A stretch of 27,609 nucleotides of DNA from an uncultured Cellvibrionales bacterium (GTDB lineage: Bacteria > Pseudomonadota > Gammaproteobacteria > Pseudomonadales > UBA7434). The stretch is from contig CALCNB010000315.1 in the NCBI GenBank assembly GCA_937897785.1, forward strand, positions 1-27,609, read 5' to 3'. This document shows, piece by piece, positions 1 through 7,387 of this stretch (position 1 is the stretch's first letter; each line of letters opens with the position of its first letter). The notes beneath the pieces are model-generated. The model searched no databases. It saw nothing but the letters and a program-made list of their open reading frames with translations, and had not been told where the DNA came from. Made by a program: the position numbers and the translations under genes.

Positions 1-425
1 GTTATTAAACATCTTGAATTGAAATACCCTTTATCAATAATATTTAATTCGTAAAATTGCTTATCAATTAATAAAAGAATACAAAAGCATATTAATGAAA
101 TAATAAAAAACACCTGAATATCAGGCGAAAAAAATAATCCGCACCAGGTCAATAAAGTTAAGGCATTACTTAGGTAAAAATACTTGCTAATGCCATACTG
201 ACTTGGTGTAGTTAACTGCTTTTCAGACAGTTTCCTCATCAGGCTCATACCCCAAACAGCACCGCTCATGAATGAAATAATCGCTAAACAATAAAAGCTT
301 ATCAGACGATTAATGTCACTAATGAAAAAAATCTTGTCTATTCCTGCTAATGCGGCGACGGCAGCAAATATAAACGGCACAAGGCCCAAGCCCATTAATG
401 TAAATTGATGCTTGTATTTCATCAT
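1..425 (-). CDS. DUF3429-family membrane protein, truncated by the left window edge (not in the supplied ORF track)
   Basis: Hand translation from ATG at 425 gives MMKYKHQFTLMGLGLVPFIFAAVAALAG...LISFYCLAIISFMSGAVWGMSL...LLLIDKQFYELNIIDKGYFNSRCLI, with no stop before position 1. GLxPF and YxxxIxSFxxGxxWG are the DUF3429 pattern as I recall it. It starts 23 nt after the dbpA stop. Confidence 0.7.
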   Translation of the reverse strand, partial: MMKYKHQFTLMGLGLVPFIFAAVAALAGIDKIFFISDINRLISFYCLAIISFMSGAVWGMSLMRKLSEKQLTTPSQYGISKYFYLSNALTLLTWCGLFFSPDIQVFFIISLICFCILLLIDKQFYELNIIDKGYFNSRCLI

Positions 426-448
426 GGTGTTGCTCTTCTTATAGAACT

Positions 449-1843
449 TTACAGTGATATTTTTCGAGCCTGAAATTGACGGCCTTTTATTTTCCCTTGA
501 TTTATCTTCGCCAATGCTATTTTAATCATCTCTCGATCGACGGCGACATAACTACAAAAATCAAAAATATTAATTTTTCCAATCGCATGAGCGTCAATGT
601 CATTACCTGCCGTCAGCGCGCCAAGAATATCGCCAGGCCTAAGCTTTTGCTTTTTTCCACCATTTATTTTTAATGAAAGCTTTTCGGGCAACTTAGGCTT
701 ATCTGTTAATGATTCCGACTTAGGCAATACATTGATCGTTATGGATTTGCCTAAATGTTTTTCTAATAGATTTAATTTATAATTTTCTTTCTGGCTCACT
801 AAAGTACAGGCGATTCCTTTATTGCCCGCCCTGCCTGTTCTGCCAACGCGATGAACATGCACATCAAGATCACGAGCAATTTGATAGTTAACCACTAGAT
901 CAAGTGCATCGATATCTAAACCTCTTGCCGCAACATCCGTCGCAATAATCAGCGTAATACTTTTATTATCAAACTGGACCAATACCTCGTCTCGATCTTT
1001 TTGATCGAGGTCGCCATGTAAAGCCATAGCTGCGAGCCCTTGCTTTTTTAAATAATTAGCGATCATTTCGGTTTCACGCTTAGTATTACAAAACACCACA
1101 GCAGAACTCGGTTCATGCTTTAACATGAGCAGTTGAATGGCGTTCAGACGCTGCTGCTCATCGTCTATTTCATATACCTGTTCTGTTATTACATTATCAT
1201 GATGCTCTGTATCGATCTCAATAAACTGCGCCTGATGCGTTATTTTTTCAGCCATTGATGCAATTGCTTCGGGATAAGTGGCGCTAAATAACAGGGTTTG
1301 TCTTTTGTTGGGCAGCGAGGCAATGATCGTATCTAATGATGGTTGAAAGCCCATCTCTAACATACGGTCCGCCTCATCGAGCACCAATAACTTAAGCCGA
1401 TCGGCGGCCAGCCTGCCTTTTTTAATATGATCTTCTATACGGCCAGGCGTACCAACGATAATATGCGCACCGTGTTCTAACGAGCCTATTTGCGGGCCTA
1501 GCGCTTTCCCTCCACAGAGCGTTAATACTTTCACATTATGTGTGGTGCGGGCTAAGCGTCGAAGCTCTTTTGATACTTGGTCCGCTAGCTCTCTTGTTGG
1601 ACAAAGCACCATCGCCTGAATATAAAACTGCTTAACTTTCAGCTGCGCTAGTAAACCTAAGCCAAACGCGGCTGTTTTTCCTGAGCCCGTTTTACTTTTT
1701 GCAATCACATCTTTGCCTGCCAGTATTTCGGGTAGGCTTATCGCTTGTATCGCGGTCATTTCTTTGTAGCCCAAACTGTCTAAGTTATCAATAAGCTGAT
1801 GGGCTAAATCTAAAGATGAAAAACCTGTCTCGTTCACCGTCAC
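449..1843 (-). CDS. dbpA: ATP-dependent DEAD-box RNA helicase DbpA
   Basis: Q-motif (GYKEMTAIQ), AKSKTGSGKT, PTRELA, TPGR, LDEAD, SAT, TDVAARGLD, HRVGRTGRAG, plus the C-terminal DbpA RNA-binding domain (GGKKQKLRPGDILGALT). The true start may be GTG at 1837, 5 nt after AAGGAG. Confidence 0.95.
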   Translation of the reverse strand: MTVNETGFSSLDLAHQLIDNLDSLGYKEMTAIQAISLPEILAGKDVIAKSKTGSGKTAAFGLGLLAQLKVKQFYIQAMVLCPTRELADQVSKELRRLARTTHNVKVLTLCGGKALGPQIGSLEHGAHIIVGTPGRIEDHIKKGRLAADRLKLLVLDEADRMLEMGFQPSLDTIIASLPNKRQTLLFSATYPEAIASMAEKITHQAQFIEIDTEHHDNVITEQVYEIDDEQQRLNAIQLLMLKHEPSSAVVFCNTKRETEMIANYLKKQGLAAMALHGDLDQKDRDEVLVQFDNKSITLIIATDVAARGLDIDALDLVVNYQIARDLDVHVHRVGRTGRAGNKGIACTLVSQKENYKLNLLEKHLGKSITINVLPKSESLTDKPKLPEKLSLKINGGKKQKLRPGDILGALTAGNDIDAHAIGKINIFDFCSYVAVDREMIKIALAKINQGKIKGRQFQARKISL

Positions 1844-1871
1844 TCCTTATTACATTATTTTGTAGAATGAC

Positions 1872-2444
1872 TTACCACATTAGATCATCAGGGACAACGA
1901 AGTCGGCATAGGGATCATCTTCACTGCTTGATGCAGTTGAATTATCAGCAATAGAAGTTTCATTTTTTGTATTCTGTAACACCACGGTGCGATCATCCCG
2001 CTGGTTGATTTTATCAGCAACGGCAGCTGGCACTAATTCATAAGCTTGCTCTAATTTCACAATAGCTAACCGTCCGCTAACTACACAGCTTTGCTGACTT
2101 TTATTCAAATAGATTTTTTTAATTTTTTTATTATCCACAAACTGAAACGGTATTTCGCCGTCTTTTCGACTGATAGTATTAAGTGTTATCAGTTGTTTTA
2201 TTTGCGCATTAATTGCTTTTATATCGCTCTCTTTTTGCCGCGCTAAATTACTGGCTTGGCCTTTTGCTTTTTTATCCTCTATTGACTTTTTTGCCTGCTC
2301 TCTTGTCTCATTAATCACTTGGCTGCCCTTAGGCTGCTGCTTAGCTTGCTGTTTGGCCTGCTTCTTTTTTTGCTGGGCAATTTGTTTGGCTTTTTTCTTA
2401 TCAACCATGCCAGCTTGTAATAATTGATCTTGCAATGAAGCCAT
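1872..2444 (-). CDS. DUF2058 (YaiL-like) protein
   Basis: N-terminus MASLQDQLLQAGMVDKKKAK and C-terminus EDDPYADFVVPDDLMW are the family signatures, with a Lys/Gln-rich helical N-half. Confidence 0.85.
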   Translation of the reverse strand: MASLQDQLLQAGMVDKKKAKQIAQQKKKQAKQQAKQQPKGSQVINETREQAKKSIEDKKAKGQASNLARQKESDIKAINAQIKQLITLNTISRKDGEIPFQFVDNKKIKKIYLNKSQQSCVVSGRLAIVKLEQAYELVPAAVADKINQRDDRTVVLQNTKNETSIADNSTASSSEDDPYADFVVPDDLMW

Positions 2445-2484
2445 GAATGAATTGTCCTCGACGGTTAAACAACTTTGTCTAATA

Positions 2485-2976
2485 CTAAGATCTTACATGC
2501 TTAAAAATGTGGTAGGCATAAGCATGTTTTTCATCGACCTCGTGACGCTCAATGATTTCACTGTTCCAGTCGCTAAAGTCAAATTCAGGTAATATAGCCT
2601 CACCATCAATCTCTGCCTCAATAATCGTCTCATACACACAGTCTGCCATTTGAAACGCTTCGACAAAGAAATGAACCCCGCCAATAACAAATACTTCATC
2701 GCTACTACTGAGACCAGAGGCAATCGCTGCCTCTAAGCTGGGCTGTAATTCAATACCCGCAACCGTTTGATAATCAACTTGGCGGCTTATCACAATGTTT
2801 CGCCTGCCGGGTAATGCTGACTGATGATCTTCATAAGTTTTACGGCCCATAATAATGGGCTTGCCTAAAGTCGTACGCTTAAAATGACCAAATTCATCCG
2901 GCAGATGCCAAGGAATTTTCCCGTTCTTACCAATACAGTGATTCATAGAGCGAGCAAATATAATGGATAATGACAT
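2485..2976 (-). CDS. folA: Dihydrofolate reductase (atypical active-site residues)
   Basis: IGKNGKIPWHLP, KPIIMGRKTY, LPGRRNIVISR, VFVIGG motifs. The likely start is ATG 2976 (MSLSII); the track extends it to 2991. It may be a paralog rather than the housekeeping copy. Confidence 0.85.
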   Translation of the reverse strand: MSLSIIFARSMNHCIGKNGKIPWHLPDEFGHFKRTTLGKPIIMGRKTYEDHQSALPGRRNIVISRQVDYQTVAGIELQPSLEAAIASGLSSSDEVFVIGGVHFFVEAFQMADCVYETIIEAEIDGEAILPEFDFSDWNSEIIERHEVDEKHAYAYHIFKHVRS

Positions 2977-3041
2977 AAACTTGGTTTCCAAGCGGTGGGA
3001 AGTTAAAAGCTGTCGGTATTGATATCTTTACTGATGAATAC

Positions 3042-3551
3042 CTAGCGTTGATTAAGCATTTGGTCGACTGCTATGACTGCATGCTGGATACGCGCCTCAA
3101 ATTGCGATTCAATTGTTTCACGTTCAAGCGTAAATTTGTATCGCTCTTTGCTCGATAGCCGCTTCCAATCGGCTAATATTGGTATGTGTGACGTTGCAAA
3201 CGCTAAATCATCAAATGCTTGATATTGCTTTCGTTCATCTTCATCAAGATCAAGCATCTTGGCTAAACCTGAAATGCGAATCGAGGCTTCTGTTACAGAT
3301 ACTTGTTTTTGCGACAAACAACGAATCAATACTGCAATGCTCTCTTGGTGCTCACGACGACTTTCACTGCGCTGCTGCTTAAGCGCCGCTTGAGCCTGCT
3401 GAGCTATTTTTTTTTGCTGCCACAACTGCCAACAAACCTGTACAGCATATACACCTAGCCCTGTAATGATTAACAGCATTATCAATTGCGCGTAATTTCC
3501 CATAGCTAACGCTAAGCTCCTATTCTGAGCTGATAATTCATTCAATGACAT
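3042..3551 (-). CDS. DUF2489-family protein with N-terminal TM helix
   Basis: A TM segment (LIMLLIITGLGVYAV) is followed by ESIAVLI...QVSVTEASIRI and HIPILADWKRLSSKERYKFTLERE, matching the DUF2489 pattern as recalled. Start codon uncertain. Confidence 0.7.
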   Translation of the reverse strand: MSLNELSAQNRSLALAMGNYAQLIMLLIITGLGVYAVQVCWQLWQQKKIAQQAQAALKQQRSESRREHQESIAVLIRCLSQKQVSVTEASIRISGLAKMLDLDEDERKQYQAFDDLAFATSHIPILADWKRLSSKERYKFTLERETIESQFEARIQHAVIAVDQMLNQR

Positions 3552-3664
3552 TTTACGCGCACACTATTGCTATGGTTTGCTTTATGAAATGATTAAAAGC
3601 CATAAACCTATGCTAAAAAAACCCTCATTGCCGCAAAGTTGCTCATTATGGTTATCGACATCGT

Positions 3665-3684
3665 ATAAAACAGGCCTTTTTTAT
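3665..3684. promoter_or_regulatory. 20-bp near-perfect palindrome, candidate operator in the divergent intergenic region
   Basis: ATAAAACAGGCCTTTTTTAT equals its reverse complement except for one pair. The regulator is unknown. Confidence 0.3.
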
Positions 3685-3909
3685 TGGACAATAATCACAC
3701 AAAAATATCGATTCTGATTGGAAAAAAAACAAAATAACCGTCTATTGATTGTTAATCAGCCTACACATTACAATTTTGTACTTTCCTTAAGAATTTGTGT
3801 CATCATGAGGCATCCAGCTTTTTTACACAGCCGTATCAACAATATACGATGTAAATAATTCACAAAGCTAGATTGATTATAAATATAAAAAACAATTAAG
3901 GAATGCCCT

Positions 3910-4776
3910 ATGGACCAATGCCTTAACCCCCATCAGCATTTAGCGGTAATCGGAAATATTAAGGACAACGATATCTGCCTAGCATGCGCAGCCATTGGTT
4001 TATCTACTAAGCCAAACCATGGTGCCGACTTTTACACTCACCAACTCGCTGAACTTTCTGATGCTGTTCACGCGTATTATATCGGTTTTGCTGGCGGCGA
4101 TCCCTCTACCGATAGACTCGGCCGTGCCACACAACACGATATCATTAAGAAATTAGCGGCGATAAGGGCCGTGGTGTTTGACCAATACCAGTTTCATAAT
4201 GAGCGCTCTGTTAATGACCCTTCCGCAAAAACTGATTTTTGTGACATGTTAGAGCGACGAAAAGGAACCCCCATTAATCTAGCTATCTTATGTATGCATT
4301 TAGCGCGCTCACAAGGCTGGGCAGCTGAAGGTATTGCAATACCGGGACACTTTGTTTGCCGGCTTGAGGCAAACGGTGAGCGAATTATTTTTGATCCATT
4401 TAATCGTGCTAAAGCGTTAAACGCTTCCGATCTTCGAAGCCTAGTTAAACAGACCTTAGGCTTCCAAGCTGAGCTTGAATACAAACATTATAGCGCTATT
4501 GAAAATCGTTCTATACTTCTAAAGTTACAAAACAATATTAAGCAACAACAAAAACAGCGTAAAAACTTCCGTGCTGCCCTGGCTGCCGTTATCACAATGC
4601 AGAAAATCGCGCCTGAAGAGCCTCGCTTTCTTTATGATGCAGGTCTACTCTATGCTCGGGCCAACCAAGCTAAAACAGCAATTACTGTACTCAGCCGCTA
4701 TATCAAACAATCTAAATCACAGTATAGAAAAAATAGCGCCAATCGGGTGTTGCGTTTATTAATGCAGCAACGGTAA
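3910..4776 (+). CDS. SirB1/YchA-like protein (transglutaminase-like core 2 + C-terminal TPR)
   Basis: LERRKGTPINLAIL...LARSQG...GIAIPGHFVCRL...IFDPFN core, LLKLQNNIK, and a TPR-like tail (APEEPRFLYDAGLLYARANQAKTAITVLSRYI). SD AAGGAA precedes the ATG. Confidence 0.8.
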   Translation: MDQCLNPHQHLAVIGNIKDNDICLACAAIGLSTKPNHGADFYTHQLAELSDAVHAYYIGFAGGDPSTDRLGRATQHDIIKKLAAIRAVVFDQYQFHNERSVNDPSAKTDFCDMLERRKGTPINLAILCMHLARSQGWAAEGIAIPGHFVCRLEANGERIIFDPFNRAKALNASDLRSLVKQTLGFQAELEYKHYSAIENRSILLKLQNNIKQQQKQRKNFRAALAAVITMQKIAPEEPRFLYDAGLLYARANQAKTAITVLSRYIKQSKSQYRKNSANRVLRLLMQQR

Positions 4777-4809
4777 TAAATATTGGTTAAGCTCTGCCTT
4801 TGATCGTTG

Positions 4810-4827
4810 AGTATTTCCTATAATACT
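4810..4827 (+). promoter_or_regulatory. Candidate -10 box (TATAAT 4819-4824) overlapped by inverted repeat AGTATT-N6-AATACT
   Basis: Read directly from the sequence about 75 nt upstream of the likely peroxidase start. There is no convincing -35 at the correct spacing. Confidence 0.3.
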
Positions 4828-4897
4828 TGTTAATTAAGGTATGATAAGCTCGCTACTTAACAATCCATTCACTTTAGTTCAAAGAAGAGTATTAATT

Positions 4898-5377
4898 ATG
4901 ACTGGCATATATGATTTAAATTTTACCCTCGCCGATGGCAGCTCACAGTCAATGGCAGACTATAAAGATAAGGTTTTGTTAATTATCAATACTGCCAGCA
5001 AATGTGGCTTTACGCCGCAATTCGAAGGTCTCGAGCAACTCAATAAAGACTATTCAGAAAAGGGTTTGGTGGTACTTGGCTTTCCTTGCAATCAATTTGG
5101 CAAACAAGATCCTGGTAACATGAGTGAAATCACAGAATTTTGCCAACTCAATTATGGTGTTAGCTTCACCATGGCTGAAAAAATTGACGTCAATGGAAAC
5201 AACGCCCACCCACTGTTCAATCATTTAAAAAGTTCTGCTAAAGGCATCCTTGGCTCAGAGGGGATTAAGTGGAATTTCACTAAATTCTTAATTGGTCGTG
5301 ATGGTGAGGTACTGAAGCGATTTGCTCCGACCGTTAAGCCTAGTGATATTGCCACGGCGATAGAAGCGGCTTTGTAA
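4898..5377 (+). CDS. Glutathione peroxidase family (Cys-type GPx/BtuE-like) peroxidase
   Basis: NTASKCGFTPQ (peroxidatic Cys, TGT), LGFPCNQFGKQDPG, KWNFTKFLIGRDG. The likely start is ATG 4898; the track start is 4841. Confidence 0.95.
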   Translation: MTGIYDLNFTLADGSSQSMADYKDKVLLIINTASKCGFTPQFEGLEQLNKDYSEKGLVVLGFPCNQFGKQDPGNMSEITEFCQLNYGVSFTMAEKIDVNGNNAHPLFNHLKSSAKGILGSEGIKWNFTKFLIGRDGEVLKRFAPTVKPSDIATAIEAAL

Positions 5378-5659
5378 TTATCTTAATTCAATACCGCAAT
5401 GCCCACATTTCTTGGGCAAATAAATTAAGCCCTCCTTACCACGAGGGCTTTCTCCGCATGCAGGACAGCGATAAACTTTATCAATATTAAATATCCATAA
5501 AAAGAAAATAATCACTATTGGAACAAAGGTTTGCTGGTAGACGCCCCACTGTTTCGTCAACCAAAGCGCTGCCGCAATTATCACTGCCATCGTTATATTG
5601 ACTAAATAAAAGCGTATAGCCTTATGTTTAAACTGTTGTTTGATCTGATGATTATTCAT
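5378..5659 (-). CDS. Small hypothetical membrane protein with C-terminal CxxC-x16-CxxC zinc ribbon
   Basis: From ATG 5659, two hydrophobic segments are followed by CPAC...CGHC. The start overlaps the symporter stop codon by 8 nt, which supports real translation. Confidence 0.65.
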   Translation of the reverse strand: MNNHQIKQQFKHKAIRFYLVNITMAVIIAAALWLTKQWGVYQQTFVPIVIIFFLWIFNIDKVYRCPACGESPRGKEGLIYLPKKCGHCGIELR

Positions 5660-6920
5660 TGGCACTTTTTTGATTAAACACCGTTTTGTCAATCGCTTGC
5701 TCACTGTTCGCCACGACACAAGCCACGAGGGAATCGCCGGTTAAATTAACGGCCGTTCTTAACATATCGAGCAAGCGATCAACGCCGATTATCAAAGCAA
5801 TGCCCTCAACGGGCAAACCGACTTGTTGCAATACAAGAGCTAAGGTAATCAAACCGACACCGGGTACTCCCGCAGTGCCCACCGACGCTAAAGTAGCGGT
5901 TAGAATAACGGTCAAGTAACCTACCACACCCACATCAATTTGATAAGCTTGAGCGATAAAAACCGTAGCCACTCCCTGCATGATTGCAGTACCATCCATA
6001 TTAATCGTTGCGCCGAGAGGAACGGTAAATGCCGCAACCGATTTTTTAACGCCCATTTTTTTTTGCACGGTATCTAAGGTAATGGGCATGGTGGCATTGC
6101 TCGATGCAGTTGAAAATCCAAACATTAACACCGGCCTTAAATGGTGAAGAAATTGGCGAGGACTAAAGCCAGTCAATACACGTAACAACAGGGTATAAAT
6201 CACCGCCGCATGAAATACTAATGCAGCCACTACGGTCAGGAAGTACGCCAGTAATTGTTGGATAAGATCAAAACCGGTGCTGTAAAAGATTTTCGCCAGC
6301 AAACAAAAAACCCCGAACGGCGCCAACTGCATTAACATCATAATCATTTCCATGATAACGGCATTCAGTGACTCGAAGCTTTTGAGCACCTTAGCGCCCA
6401 GTTGGTCGGATCGTGAAATAGCAATGCCCAGTAAAATAGCAAATACGATGACTTGCAACATATTCCCTTCAGCCATGGCTTTAACTGGATTATCCGGAAA
6501 GATATTAATTAAAACTTCTTTTAATGGCGGTGCCGGTGCTACTTGGTAAGCCGATTCATTCGCGGCCTGCACAGTAAAACCGCCTTGCTTACCAGGCTCA
6601 ATTAACAAGGCAAGACTTAAAGCAATGCTAATTGCGATCGCTGTGGTCATTAAATAAAGGCCTATCGTTTTCCCCGCCATCACCCCCATATTGCCATGAC
6701 CACCCAAACTGGCTGCACCGCAGGTCAGCGAAATAAAAACCATCGGTACCACCAGTAATTTCAATGAGGCTATGAAAATTTTTCCAATGAGATCAAATAG
6801 GCCAAAAAAGACAATATTTTCTATCACGGATTGATAAGGCAGCGGCGCGACAATATTGGCCAGCGAGCCAAACAGAATGCCTAACGCCATAGCAGTGAAA
6901 ATTTTCTTCGTTAAACTCAT
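5652..6920 (-). CDS. Dicarboxylate/amino acid:cation symporter (DAACS; GltP/GltPh-like), probably Asp/Glu
   Basis: FSTASSNATMP (HP1), PLGATINMDGT, ASVGTAGVPG (HP2), DRLLDMLRTAVNLTGD (TM8). The Arg equivalent to GltPh R397, which specifies acidic substrates, is retained. Confidence 0.93.
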   Translation of the reverse strand: MSLTKKIFTAMALGILFGSLANIVAPLPYQSVIENIVFFGLFDLIGKIFIASLKLLVVPMVFISLTCGAASLGGHGNMGVMAGKTIGLYLMTTAIAISIALSLALLIEPGKQGGFTVQAANESAYQVAPAPPLKEVLINIFPDNPVKAMAEGNMLQVIVFAILLGIAISRSDQLGAKVLKSFESLNAVIMEMIMMLMQLAPFGVFCLLAKIFYSTGFDLIQQLLAYFLTVVAALVFHAAVIYTLLLRVLTGFSPRQFLHHLRPVLMFGFSTASSNATMPITLDTVQKKMGVKKSVAAFTVPLGATINMDGTAIMQGVATVFIAQAYQIDVGVVGYLTVILTATLASVGTAGVPGVGLITLALVLQQVGLPVEGIALIIGVDRLLDMLRTAVNLTGDSLVACVVANSEQAIDKTVFNQKSANE

Positions 6921-6972
6921 CGTCCACCCCTAGCGATTATTTGCTTCATCATACTACGGTTTATTTCTTACG

Positions 6973-7002
6973 AAAAAAAATAGAGCCTATTGGCTCTATT
7001 TT
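6973..7002 (-). terminator. Rho-independent terminator of the HU gene
   Basis: The minus strand reads AAAATAGAGCC-AATA-GGCTCTA-TTTTTTTT, a perfect stem plus T8 about 25 nt after the HU stop. Confidence 0.8.
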
Positions 7003-7026
7003 GAAATTCGATTTACTGGCTGGCGA

Positions 7027-7305
7027 CTAGCCACCATTAACCGAATCTTTCAACGCTTTACCCGCTTTAAAACCGACAGAATTACTGGCCGCAATATCAA
7101 TTTCTTGCCCTGTTTGTGGGTTTTTGCCCTTTCTTGCCGCGCGTGATCGACGAACAAAACTACCGAAGCCAATTAAGCTCACCGACTCTTCTCTGGCCAA
7201 TGCCGCTGTAATCTCATCAGTGATCGCCGTAACAACTTCGCTCGCCTTTTCTTTTGAGATATCGGCTTTGTCGGCAACAATAGTGGCTAATTCAGTTTTG
7301 TTCAT
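7027..7305 (-). CDS. hupA: Histone-like DNA-binding protein HU (Pseudomonas HupA-like)
   Basis: MNKTEL...GFGSF...ARKGKNPQTG...GFKAGKALKD. GGGGAA precedes ATG 7305. Its position next to rubredoxin reductase matches P. aeruginosa as I recall it. Confidence 0.88.
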   Translation of the reverse strand: MNKTELATIVADKADISKEKASEVVTAITDEITAALAREESVSLIGFGSFVRRSRAARKGKNPQTGQEIDIAASNSVGFKAGKALKDSVNGG

Positions 7306-7387
7306 AGTATTCCCCATTTATTAGTGTGTTTTAACTGTACGGCTAATATCGCAAATTTAATCGTAAAATGCGATCTTTAAAACGCTG

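Noticed and set aside
3638-3656. Fur-box-like GTTGCTCATTATGGTTATC
   Set aside because: About 12 of 19 matches by hand, and the flanking genes have no obvious iron link.
3849-3864. CRP-like site ATGTA-AATAAT-TCACA
   Set aside because: Only the right half-site matches TGTGA-N6-TCACA, which is common by chance in AT-rich DNA.
4898-5377. Possible selenocysteine in the glutathione peroxidase
   Set aside because: The active-site codon is TGT (Cys) and there is no in-frame TGA.
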